From Opitutales bacterium (lineage in GTDB: Bacteria; Verrucomicrobiota; Verrucomicrobiia; Opitutales; PNEW01): a DNA stretch of 64,000 nucleotides. Numbering within the stretch: the first letter of the stretch is position 1; each line of letters opens with the position of its first letter. The translations under genes were made by a program, and so were the position numbers. The stretch covers positions 416,001-480,000 of the forward strand of contig CBDANS010000007.1 of the NCBI GenBank assembly GCA_965197745.1, written 5' to 3'. Of the stretch, positions 51,774-61,200 are shown in pieces. The notes beneath the pieces were generated by a model that made no database searches, was not told the DNA's origin, and saw only the letters and a list, made by a program, of their open reading frames with translations.

Positions 51774-52344
51774 ATGGATACAATGACATTGAACAAAGCA
51801 ATTGTTGAAATAGAAGATGAGTTAATTAACAAGCATCACGAGTTAGTTAATTTAAAAAAGCAGCTACCTCGAGAGGAAGTGAATGATTATGAATTGAAGG
51901 GTCAATATGGTCTGATAAAACTCTCTTCTCTTTTTGGCGATAAAAAGGATTTAATTATAATTCATAACATGGGCGTGAGCTGTCCCCTATTGCACCTTGT
52001 GGGCTGATGGGTTTAACGGGGTATTGCCGCATCTAAAAGACCGGGCAGCGATTGCCATAGTCACCCCTGATAGCCCGGTGCAACAAAAGCAATTTGCGGA
52101 GTCCCGGGGTTGGCAGTTTGAAATGTATTCGGGTGAGGATTTATCTTTTATTAAGGATATGGGTTTCCAGGAAGGAGAAGATTACCTGCCGGGCGTTTCG
52201 ACTTTTTGTCGAGAAAACAATGGCCCCATCTACCGTATTGCAAAATCACCATTTGGTCCGTTTGATCCCTTTTGCAGTGTATGGCATATATTCTCTTTGC
52301 TTGCCGACGGCGTAAATGATTGGAATCCTCAATATAAATATTAA
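51774..52344 (+). pseudogene. DUF899 thioredoxin-like protein split by a +1 frameshift in its CxxC motif
   Basis: Removing one C from C4 at 51984-51987 gives HNMGVSCPYCTLWADG; LSSLFGDK, FAESRGW, PGVSTF. Confidence 0.85.
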
Positions 52345-52754
52345 TGACTGAATCAATGAGTGACGAAAAAGTAATAAAGTCTGAAGAGGAGTGGAAAAAA
52401 CAACTGACTCCGGAGCAATATAAAGTAACACGAAAGAAAGGCACAGAGAGAGCATTTACCGGCGAGTACCACGATAGTAAAGAGCCCGGCACTTACCGGT
52501 GTGTGTGTTGCGGGAATGAATTATTTAATTCGAAGGAGAAATATGATTCGGATACCGGCTGGCCAAGTTTCTGGGATCCAATAGCTCAGGATAAAATCAG
52601 CACCGAATCGGATAGGAGTCTGTTCATGGAGCGGACGGAAGTCTTATGCAGCCGTTGTGACGCCCATCTGGGCCATGTTTTTGACGACGGTCCCGCTCCC
52701 ACCGGCAAACGATATTGCATGAACTCAGCCGCGTTTAAACTGGAGAAGGATTAG
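52344..52754 (+). CDS. msrB: Peptide-methionine (R)-S-oxide reductase
   Basis: GTERAFTG, CVCC, GWPSF, CDAHLGHVFDDGP, RYCMNS. Confidence 0.97.
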   Translation: MTESMSDEKVIKSEEEWKKQLTPEQYKVTRKKGTERAFTGEYHDSKEPGTYRCVCCGNELFNSKEKYDSDTGWPSFWDPIAQDKISTESDRSLFMERTEVLCSRCDAHLGHVFDDGPAPTGKRYCMNSAAFKLEKD

Positions 52755-52836
52755 CGAAAAGCAGCTATGCTGGAGGGAGGTTTTTTTTGATCTTCACGGT
52801 CGAATATAATGCCTCTGTCCCTATAAAAATTGTCCA

Positions 52837-53610
52837 TCATTTTGCTCGTGGGCGTTTTTCACCATAGAGGGTGTAGGCGTTGGCCAGGGTGCCGCCATCG
52901 ACAACAAGCGTATGACCGTTGACATAACTTGCTTCGTTCGAGGCGAGATAAACAGCGGCGGCGGCAATCTCATCGGGTAGTCCAAAACGGTTTTGCAGGC
53001 TCATTGCTATTTCACCCGGCGTGGCATCATCGGGAAGTTCGACATCGATAGGGCCCGGGGCAATAGCATTCACACGAATCCGGTAATGAGCCAGATCCGT
53101 AGCCATACTTCTAGTGAGGGTAATTAAAGCCCCCTTGGCCGCGCTGTAGGCGGTGCTGAGCGTTTGCGGGATGAAACTGTTGACCGATGCGATGTGAATG
53201 ATGTTGCCCCTGCCCGCTTTAGCCATCACCCGCGCCGCCAGCTGAGAACAAATGAATACCCCGGTTTGATTGGTGGCGATGATGCGATCCCATCTCTCTT
53301 GAGTTACTTCAAGGAAAGGTCCGTCTGAGCCTTTTATTCCAGCATTATTGACAAGGATATCTATGGTTTTGAAATGATTGACGGTCTCGTCAATTAATTC
53401 CTCCACCGCTTTTCGCTGGGATACATCAGTCGAAATAAAAAGAGCGGTCCCACCTGCAGCTTCAACTTCATTACAGGTGCGCATACCACTTTCTGAATCG
53501 ATTTCGGCAATGACGACCTTCACACCTTCCCGGGCAAAACGCTTTACGATTGCGCGACCAATGCCAAAACCCCCGCCCGTAACTATGGCAACCTTATCTT
53601 GTATTTGCAT
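52837..53610 (-). CDS. SDR family NAD(P)-dependent oxidoreductase
   Basis: TGGGFGIG, NNAG, YSAAK, IAPG. Confidence 0.93.
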   Translation of the reverse strand: MQIQDKVAIVTGGGFGIGRAIVKRFAREGVKVVIAEIDSESGMRTCNEVEAAGGTALFISTDVSQRKAVEELIDETVNHFKTIDILVNNAGIKGSDGPFLEVTQERWDRIIATNQTGVFICSQLAARVMAKAGRGNIIHIASVNSFIPQTLSTAYSAAKGALITLTRSMATDLAHYRIRVNAIAPGPIDVELPDDATPGEIAMSLQNRFGLPDEIAAAAVYLASNEASYVNGHTLVVDGGTLANAYTLYGEKRPRAK

Positions 53611-53796
53611 TGTTTATTGCGGTTTATGTCGGAGGCAGATAACCGATTTATGCATTTTTTTAACAGCCAATGCAATCCAATTGGTCGGAGGTAATGATTA
53701 AATTTGTGCCATCGCTAACTGAATTTATTTTATGCATTGCTATGCCTTACTCCACCGATTAACTTTTAACGTAATAAAAACTTAATTATAAATGAT

Positions 53797-54180
53797 ATGA
53801 ATAATTTTTCACTTTCACAAATTGGGCAGATAGCGATACCGGTCAGTGATCTCGAACGAGCGGTTGAATTTTATCAAGAGAAATTAGGCATGAAACACCT
53901 CTTCACAGTTCCCAATCAATTTACATTTTTCGACTGCGGAGGGGTAAGATTGCTGCTGGGGCTTCCGGAGAAAGAGGGGGATACTAACCGTAAAACATCG
54001 CTTATCTATTACACCGTAAAAGATATTCAAGAGGCTTATGATATCCTAAAGGAACGCGGTGTTCATTTTGACGATGAACCTCACCTCATCGCGAAAATGG
54101 AAGATCACGAATTGTGGATGGCATTTTTCAGAGACTGCGATAACAATCAATTTGGAATCATGGCAGAGGTTAAGCTATAA
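53797..54180 (+). CDS. VOC (glyoxalase/bleomycin resistance) family protein
   Basis: IGQIAIPVSDLERAVEFY, MAFFRD. Confidence 0.9.
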   Translation: MNNFSLSQIGQIAIPVSDLERAVEFYQEKLGMKHLFTVPNQFTFFDCGGVRLLLGLPEKEGDTNRKTSLIYYTVKDIQEAYDILKERGVHFDDEPHLIAKMEDHELWMAFFRDCDNNQFGIMAEVKL

Positions 54181-54274
54181 ACCCCTTAATCTGCATTATC
54201 GCTTATTCGTTCACGCTTAAAATGTTATATGGTGAATGATAAATCAATCACCTCATTTTAAGTAATCCATCCAG

Positions 54275-54997
54275 TCAGTCCTTTCTACTGGCCTCTGAAT
54301 AGACAAAATAAAGATTGGTTCTCGGACCGGGCGTATTTTTTTTATCGCCCATATGAAGCACACACTCGCTGAATAAAACAACGTCACCAGCCTCACCCAC
54401 GGCACGCACCGAGCCAGGCAACTCAATACCCGGATACGACTTAAAATTTAGTTTTAAATTAGCTTTATGTGACCCGGGAACGAGAAGGAGGCACCCATCA
54501 TCCGGACCATTTCTTGAAAGGAACCAGCCGGTATTGACGGAGAGGCTGCGAATTATTCCGTCATTGAAACTATAGTCACTGGGTGTGTGCCCTGTGTGCC
54601 AACTGCTGAAGTGCGGCCCTTGAGAGTTAGCGATACCCCAGGAACCACGGTACTTCGGTTCTTTCATAAATTCCTGCAGGTAGGGGAGGATGCGCGGGTG
54701 ATTGACCAAGGTTCCAAAAAGCGGGTCTAATTCATCGAGACTGTTTAGCCGAACATAATGATCATCAATGTGTATGACTGATGATTTTCCCACGTCATTA
54801 GGATGCATTGTTTTCTTCTTTAAATAGGTAGTATCCAAGCCCCGGGCATCGATTTCATTGAATTTATCAAGCAGTGCGTTTACCTTTGCTTTGCTTAAAA
54901 CACCGCGAAGCACTAAAAAGCCCTGGGTATCAAAGTGAAAGCGATCTTCATCGGAGACCTTAACAGGAGCTTTTTTTGATGGAGTGGTGGCACTCAT
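54275..54997 (-). CDS. PhyH-family Fe(II)/2OG enzyme with H-T-G instead of H-x-D
   Basis: FDTQGFLVL, HPRIL, WHTGH, VPGSHK, AGDVVLF...LHMG. Confidence 0.85.
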   Translation of the reverse strand: MSATTPSKKAPVKVSDEDRFHFDTQGFLVLRGVLSKAKVNALLDKFNEIDARGLDTTYLKKKTMHPNDVGKSSVIHIDDHYVRLNSLDELDPLFGTLVNHPRILPYLQEFMKEPKYRGSWGIANSQGPHFSSWHTGHTPSDYSFNDGIIRSLSVNTGWFLSRNGPDDGCLLLVPGSHKANLKLNFKSYPGIELPGSVRAVGEAGDVVLFSECVLHMGDKKNTPGPRTNLYFVYSEASRKD

Positions 54998-55172
54998 TTC
55001 GGTGAATTTAAGTATTTTGTGTTAACGTCCAAATGCTTTCATTTACCCTATTGATAAAGAGCTCAAACTAATCATTAATTACTTGAAATATATAGTCATT
55101 ATGATTTGTGCTAATCTACAGGTGTAATAATTTCATACTGCAATTAAAAACTGAATCTTATTCAATTCCATC

Positions 55173-56012
55173 ATGCAGAATAAAGCAGAATTTGATAAAC
55201 GTGATCTGTCATTTAAACCGGTGATTAACGACAGCCCTAAGTGTCTTACGGTTGAACAGATAAAATTTTATAACGAAAAAGGTTATATTATGCCCTTGCG
55301 GATTTTCTCTGACGAGGAGGTCATGAAAAACCGAATCTACCTTGATCATTTACTCGAGCTGCTGAAGAAGCGGATTGATGGTCGTGACACATATGCCATA
55401 AATGGTTACCAGGCAAGATGCGAAGGCATCTGGGATATCGCCATGGACTCCAGAATTCTCGATTACGTGGAAGATCTTATCGGTCCCAATATCATCGCCT
55501 GGGCCTCTCACTACTTTTGTAAAACCGCTCATGATAAAAAAATTGTTCCCTGGCATCAGGATGCGTCTTACTGGCCTATAAGCCCGGCACGCACGGTTAC
55601 TGCATGGCTGGCCATAGACGATGCAGACGAAGAAAACGCGGCTATGCAATTTATTCCCGGCACTCATAAACTGGGGCACCTCGAATGGAAAAAAGCCGAT
55701 AAACCTGCCGTCTTACATCAGGAGATACCAGAAATCACTCAGTATGGTAAGCCCGTATTAGTTAATTTAAAAGCTGGTGAAATTTCACTTCATGCAGACA
55801 TGATGGTACATGGTTCAACGCCGAACACTTCAAATCGTAGACGGTGCGGACTTACGATTCGCTATTGTCCCCCTGAAGTGAAATCTATAGATAGTAATTG
55901 GGCAGCAGCTTCCATCGTTTGTAGAGGGAAAGACAGTTTCAATCACTGGGCAGATAATCCCCGTCCCCCGGGTGATGATTTATCACCTGGTTCTAATTTT
56001 TGGCGCAAATAG
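55173..56012 (+). CDS. PhyH-family Fe(II)/2OG dioxygenase
   Basis: VPWHQDASYWP, TAWLAIDD, PGTH, HGS.PN.S.RRR. Confidence 0.92.
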   Translation: MQNKAEFDKRDLSFKPVINDSPKCLTVEQIKFYNEKGYIMPLRIFSDEEVMKNRIYLDHLLELLKKRIDGRDTYAINGYQARCEGIWDIAMDSRILDYVEDLIGPNIIAWASHYFCKTAHDKKIVPWHQDASYWPISPARTVTAWLAIDDADEENAAMQFIPGTHKLGHLEWKKADKPAVLHQEIPEITQYGKPVLVNLKAGEISLHADMMVHGSTPNTSNRRRCGLTIRYCPPEVKSIDSNWAAASIVCRGKDSFNHWADNPRPPGDDLSPGSNFWRK

Positions 56013-56123
56013 GCGACGATCTGATACATTTGCGCCGACACTATAAATTGACAATCGAGGTGAAGCGTATCCAGATTCTTTTAGATTACACAAAGTTTAT
56101 CTTAATGAAATGAGAAACTACTG

Positions 56124-57221
56124 ATGGCTGATAACTCTATAACCATACTAGGTGGTGGGAATACAGCTTTCTCCGTAGCTGCCCGCTTAACATTGCAGGG
56201 ACATAAGATCACGCTCTATGAAATTCCTGCGTTTAAGGAGACACTGACACCGATTAAAGATGATGGGATGATTCAATTGCTCGGTGTGGCCGATGAGGGT
56301 AAGGCAAAGTTGCACCATACCACTTCAGATATTGAAGAAGCATTGTCGGATGCTACCCTCATTCTTCTCATTGTCCCCGCCTATGCCCATAAACCATTCG
56401 CTGAAGTCTGTATTCCCCATTTAAAATCGGGTCAGACCCTGGTTATTATGCCGGGCACCCTGGGAACCCTGGAATGGGCACAGATGCTCCGTGAGGCGGG
56501 TAAGGAGAGTTTAATTACCCTGGCAGAGGTCGACACCGCACCCTATGTCTGTCGAAAAACGGCACCCGACACAGCGACAATATGGGGGATAGTAGCGAGT
56601 CTTGGATTGGGGGTATTGCCTTCATCTGAAACGGACAAAGTCAAAGAAATGCTGGATCCTCTCTTTCCCGGAATTCAACCCTATCCGGATGTAATGGCCT
56701 GCGGGTTGGCCGCGATGAATCCGGTGGTTCACCCGGCGGGGGTATTAATGAATGCCGGACGTGTTGAGTACTCACGCGGTGAATTTTACTTTTATGAAGA
56801 GGGGGTATCCGTTTCAGTAGCGAAGGTTATCATGGAAGTAGATCGAGAGCGGTTGAAAATCGGTCAGGCCTTAGGTTATGAACTGAGTCCGGTCGATGAA
56901 GCGTTTCACGCGGCGGGATTTGGGCCAAAAGGTGACTTGTGGTCGACGATCAACGGTAGCTGGATGCTTACCCGGTTAAAAGCGCCCGGATCACTGGAGA
57001 GCAGATGGTTGACGGAAGATGTTCCTTACGGACTGGCTGCCTGGTCAACGGTAGGAGCACAATATGGTGTCGAGACACCGACGATGCAGGCAATGGTAAA
57101 TATTGGGTCCATTGTCATGGGATTTAATGCGTGGGAAAAGGGTCGCGGTGTTAAAGAATTGGGCATTGCTGAGGTGGGGAAGAATGAACTATCCGCGTTC
57201 TTAAAAAGCGGGAGCTGGTGA
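56124..57221 (+). CDS. NAD/NADP octopine/nopaline (opine) dehydrogenase family protein
   Basis: ILGGGN, VPAYAH, NPVVHP, FYFYEEG, RWLTEDVPYGL. Confidence 0.9.
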   Translation: MADNSITILGGGNTAFSVAARLTLQGHKITLYEIPAFKETLTPIKDDGMIQLLGVADEGKAKLHHTTSDIEEALSDATLILLIVPAYAHKPFAEVCIPHLKSGQTLVIMPGTLGTLEWAQMLREAGKESLITLAEVDTAPYVCRKTAPDTATIWGIVASLGLGVLPSSETDKVKEMLDPLFPGIQPYPDVMACGLAAMNPVVHPAGVLMNAGRVEYSRGEFYFYEEGVSVSVAKVIMEVDRERLKIGQALGYELSPVDEAFHAAGFGPKGDLWSTINGSWMLTRLKAPGSLESRWLTEDVPYGLAAWSTVGAQYGVETPTMQAMVNIGSIVMGFNAWEKGRGVKELGIAEVGKNELSAFLKSGSW

Positions 57222-57238
57222 GAGAGAATTAGATTTGG

Positions 57239-58180
57239 ATGAAAGCGGTTCAGTACAAACGCTACGGTGACCTTTCTCAACTTGAGCAAGTCGAGATTGA
57301 CAAACCCAAACTTTCCGCTTCCCAAGTTTTGGTAAAAGTAGAAGCATCGGCTGTAAATCCTATTGATTGGAAACTTCTCAGCGGCAATTTTCGTTATGTC
57401 ATGCCTTTAGAGTTTCCCGTGATACCCGGCTTTGACCTGGCCGGAGAAATAGTGGAAGTGGGGGCTGTGGTCACAAAGTTCAAGAATGGTGACAGGATAT
57501 ACGCCTGTCAGGATATTAAACAAATTGGCACGGCTGCCGAGTTTACGGTGGTGGAGGAAAATCTTGCTGACCGGATACCAGAAGGGTTGGGCGCCGGTGA
57601 AGCTGCCGGGATACCACTTGCCGGAATGACCGCACTTCAGGGGTTACGTAACTGCGGTGGATTGAATGCCGGAGAGCGCGTTCTCATCATAGGAGGATCC
57701 GGCGGGGTAGGGCATTACGCCATACAGATAGCCAGGGCGATAGACATTCATGTCACAGCAGTTTGCAGTACCGGGAATGTGGAGATGGTGCGCGAATTAG
57801 GCGCAGACACGGTGATCGATTATAATAAACAATCAAATTTTACCACAGGCACTAATTTTGATGTAGTCTTGGACTGCGTAGTAAACTCGCCGTTTAAAGT
57901 TTTCGCAGCAGTGATGCAACCTGATGCGGTTTACGTTCCGGCACTTCCCAATTTTTCATTTATGATAAGGTCTTACCTGATGCCATTATACACGAAGCGC
58001 AGGGTAAGACCAGTGATGCTGAAAACCAATGGTAAAGACTTGAATTACTTGTCAAATTTAGTAAGAGAAGGAAAGTTGCGTACGATCATTGATAGCTCGT
58101 TTTCTTTGAGCGAGCTTCGCACCGCATATGAGCGAAATCAGACAGGGCGAACGCGGGGTAAAATCATTATCAATATATAA
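57239..58180 (+). CDS. MDR family NAD(P)-dependent oxidoreductase (quinone reductase-like)
   Basis: VNPIDWK, PGFDLAG, GGSGGVG, GRTRGKI. Confidence 0.92.
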   Translation: MKAVQYKRYGDLSQLEQVEIDKPKLSASQVLVKVEASAVNPIDWKLLSGNFRYVMPLEFPVIPGFDLAGEIVEVGAVVTKFKNGDRIYACQDIKQIGTAAEFTVVEENLADRIPEGLGAGEAAGIPLAGMTALQGLRNCGGLNAGERVLIIGGSGGVGHYAIQIARAIDIHVTAVCSTGNVEMVRELGADTVIDYNKQSNFTTGTNFDVVLDCVVNSPFKVFAAVMQPDAVYVPALPNFSFMIRSYLMPLYTKRRVRPVMLKTNGKDLNYLSNLVREGKLRTIIDSSFSLSELRTAYERNQTGRTRGKIIINI

Positions 58181-58194
58181 AAATAAATTAATTA

Positions 58195-59034
58195 ATGAAA
58201 ACGCTTGAAGAGCACTATGTAGAATTTAAAGAAAACGGCTTTACCATTCTCCCGAAAGTCTTTGATCAGGCGCAAATGGATGAGTGGATTTCTTTGTATT
58301 CAAACCTGGTCAAGCGCCAGACTCCACCCGGCGCGGAGGAAGCGGTGGGTTGGCTTAGAAGTGTTGTCGAATATGAACCCCAGGCAATGCTGCCGGCAGT
58401 TGCCAACGAAAAGATTCTTGATTTTGCGGAAATGGTAATGGGGCCATTCGTACAACTCGATAATCTAACTTTTATGGCTTTTCCTTCCCTACCCAAGGAA
58501 GAGGCCAATGGAAAAGTCAGTGGTTGGCACCGCGATCAGTGGTCATCTTTTCCGCTCGGGAACGATTATATCTGGACCAAAGCCTGTAACGCGATCTGCT
58601 ATTTACAGGATTTAACCGATGATAACGGTCCACTCCGTGTTATACCCGGATCCCATCGCGCGCCTCTCTCAATTGAAGAAGATAATTGCCAAAGGCAACA
58701 TCCCGATGAAAAGGTTTTTTATCCCCGTGCAGGTGACGTCGTATTTACCCACTGTAGCGTTTTGCATTCCGGTACGCCGAATATCTCAGGCAAATTACGC
58801 TATTTTTTCAGTATCTATTATAATCTCAGCTGGCTGCGCCACCGGGACAATCATTCAGGACCCAATGTGGCAAATATTATCGAGATGGCGCGCGAAAAAA
58901 ACGACAGGCGACTGCTGCGGCTATTTGGAATCGATGAACTCGTTTATCCGAGATCTAACTGGGGCTTTCGCCAACCGGACAACGAGAAGTGGGAGCAATG
59001 GATTAAAGAAGACCGCGAAGCACTAAATAAATAA
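58195..59034 (+). CDS. PhyH-family Fe(II)/2OG dioxygenase
   Basis: GWHRD, YLQDL, IPGSH, LHSGTPN. Confidence 0.9.
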   Translation: MKTLEEHYVEFKENGFTILPKVFDQAQMDEWISLYSNLVKRQTPPGAEEAVGWLRSVVEYEPQAMLPAVANEKILDFAEMVMGPFVQLDNLTFMAFPSLPKEEANGKVSGWHRDQWSSFPLGNDYIWTKACNAICYLQDLTDDNGPLRVIPGSHRAPLSIEEDNCQRQHPDEKVFYPRAGDVVFTHCSVLHSGTPNISGKLRYFFSIYYNLSWLRHRDNHSGPNVANIIEMAREKNDRRLLRLFGIDELVYPRSNWGFRQPDNEKWEQWIKEDREALNK

Positions 59035-59078
59035 ACGTACTTTTAGCAGGGAAGCTTTGAATCCGTCATCAACCCGAG

Positions 59079-59840
59079 TTAGTAAAGATCAGGTTGAATC
59101 TGCCCGTCTTTTATAAACAGTTTGTTAGCATCTACGGCATGCCCCCCGGGCATGGGAGAGGCGGTATATTGGGCGAGGTAAACCCGACGTTTTTTTCCGG
59201 TTGGATTAGCGCCACTGCGATGAAAAGTGAGGCTTGAAAATACGGCAATGCTGCCGGCGGGTGCGATCACCGGTTCACCCGGATCATCGCCAAAATAACC
59301 AATCCTGTCATTGCTGCCCTCTTCAAGAATATGCTCTGCTAATTTTTTTTCACCATAGCGACTCATGGGTAAAAGATAGACAGTGCCATTATCTTCGCTG
59401 ACATCATCGAGAGTGCACCAGCAGGAAAGCACTTCGGGGTGATCGCCGAGCCGGGCCTGGGCATAGCCAGAATCCTGGTGCCAACTGAACTTCATGCCCG
59501 TTTTATCGAATTTCACTACGTATTGATCGCTCTTGTAGTAAATTTCATCACCGAAGACAGCACGAGTGATACTGGCCATCAGGTCGCTGAAAATAAATTC
59601 ACGTATGCGGGGATGATTGGGCTCGGCCTTCATAAAATATCGCTTACCGCGATGATTGATCCCTATCACATCGGTTCCTTGTCGGTCCATTTCCGCATCA
59701 GTTTCTTCGATTGCCGACTGACATACTTCTCGCAACAATGTGACGTGCTCATCCGGAATAACGGATTCGAGGATGAAATACGCGTCCTTTTTAAACTGAT
59801 CGATTTTTTCTTGCGGTATATTAATGGTGGTAGATTGCAT
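59079..59840 (-). CDS. PhyH-family Fe(II)/2OG dioxygenase
   Basis: SWHQDSGY, WCTLDD, FHRSGAN..RRVYLAQY. Confidence 0.9.
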   Translation of the reverse strand: MQSTTINIPQEKIDQFKKDAYFILESVIPDEHVTLLREVCQSAIEETDAEMDRQGTDVIGINHRGKRYFMKAEPNHPRIREFIFSDLMASITRAVFGDEIYYKSDQYVVKFDKTGMKFSWHQDSGYAQARLGDHPEVLSCWCTLDDVSEDNGTVYLLPMSRYGEKKLAEHILEEGSNDRIGYFGDDPGEPVIAPAGSIAVFSSLTFHRSGANPTGKKRRVYLAQYTASPMPGGHAVDANKLFIKDGQIQPDLY

Positions 59841-59930
59841 ATCAATTAATGAAATATATGTTACTATGCATAAAGTATTATTATTTATAGGCTGTTAGTC
59901 AATTCAGTCTTTGAATTGGGGCTTTAATTC

Positions 59931-61193
59931 ATGATGAATAAATCAATTATTTTACTGTCTCTATTTCCCCTATTAACCACTATTATTATGGTAACCGAAG
60001 CCAATAATGACGCGTTAATGGACGAACCCTTTTTTGAAGTCAAAGATCTGATGCTTGCTGAAGGAGAAGTAGCCGCCTATGGCCTTCCCCTGATCACCGT
60101 TACGGCGAGGGGAACGATACTCGTCAGCAGTAATGCCCGCGTCGGGGACCGCCACGATGCGGGCAATGTTCAGTACGGGGTGCTATTAAGAAGTACGGAC
60201 AATGGTGAAACCTGGATGAAGGAAAAGTTAGATGCTCTTCCACAAGACATTGTCACCGATAAGGAGACGAATAAAATAATGCTATTCATCCCCGAGAGTT
60301 CTGCACTACTACGTCCTGATGGAAAGCGAATGAATGAAAAGTGGGCGGTTGAGAATCCTCCCGAAGAAGCGAGGGCGATTTGGCAATATGAAAGTATTGA
60401 TGACGGAATCAGTTGGGAGAAGGGGCAAAATATTACCCCGATGTTGCAGAAGAAAAAATATACGCATGTGGGGGGACCCAACTATGCGAGCGGAATTCAA
60501 TTGCAGTATGGTAAGCACAAGGGTCGATTGATTCTACCTGGGCGAACGTATACAAAAAATATCTTTGAATTCCAGTACAGCCGAAACACCTTGATTTACA
60601 GTGATGATCACGGGAATACCTGGAAGGGTGGAGGGTTGAGCCAGTTAGCTTGTGGTGAAGCTTGCGCCGTGGAATTGTCTGACGGCAGCTTATATCTTAA
60701 TAATCGCAATGAGGCCGGTCGCGTTTACCGTAATAAGAAAAATCCAGACGCCGTTCATTTACTTAACGGGAGAAGCGCTACTGTCCGCTGCTACTCCATC
60801 AGCAGGGACGGAGGAGAAACATTCACTGAATTTGGTGAGATCGACGAGTTTATCCATGCTACCTGTCACGGGGGGATGGCACGTCTCACTGATCGTGTCT
60901 ACGGCAACGTTTTAATGTTTTCCAATCCGGGCACGACAATGGGGCTGAATAAGGCGACGGGCGAAAGGCACCACTTAACGGTGTGGGCGAGTATGGATGA
61001 AGGAAAGACCTGGCCGATCACCAAAGTTATCAACGAAGGACCATCTGCTTACTCCTGTATGGCTGTAGGCATAGACGGTATGATTTTTGTTGCCTTTGAA
61101 CGGGGACCCGAAAATGCGCGCACAAACACGGCAGTGGCCAGATTTAACCTGGCATGGTTAATGGAGAATGTAGACTCGGCTGGTGTAAAATAA
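59931..61193 (+). CDS. Exported sialidase-like (GH33/BNR repeat) protein
   Basis: Five Asp-boxes (STDNGETW, SIDDGISW, SDDHGNTW, SRDGGETF, SMDEGKTW), GRLILP, SAYS; signal peptide. Confidence 0.88.
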   Translation: MMNKSIILLSLFPLLTTIIMVTEANNDALMDEPFFEVKDLMLAEGEVAAYGLPLITVTARGTILVSSNARVGDRHDAGNVQYGVLLRSTDNGETWMKEKLDALPQDIVTDKETNKIMLFIPESSALLRPDGKRMNEKWAVENPPEEARAIWQYESIDDGISWEKGQNITPMLQKKKYTHVGGPNYASGIQLQYGKHKGRLILPGRTYTKNIFEFQYSRNTLIYSDDHGNTWKGGGLSQLACGEACAVELSDGSLYLNNRNEAGRVYRNKKNPDAVHLLNGRSATVRCYSISRDGGETFTEFGEIDEFIHATCHGGMARLTDRVYGNVLMFSNPGTTMGLNKATGERHHLTVWASMDEGKTWPITKVINEGPSAYSCMAVGIDGMIFVAFERGPENARTNTAVARFNLAWLMENVDSAGVK

Positions 61194-61200
61194 AGGAGCT

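Noticed and set aside
56124..57221. Staphylopine/pseudopaline-type opine metallophore cluster
   Set aside because: No nicotianamine synthase-like, racemase or metal transporter gene adjacent
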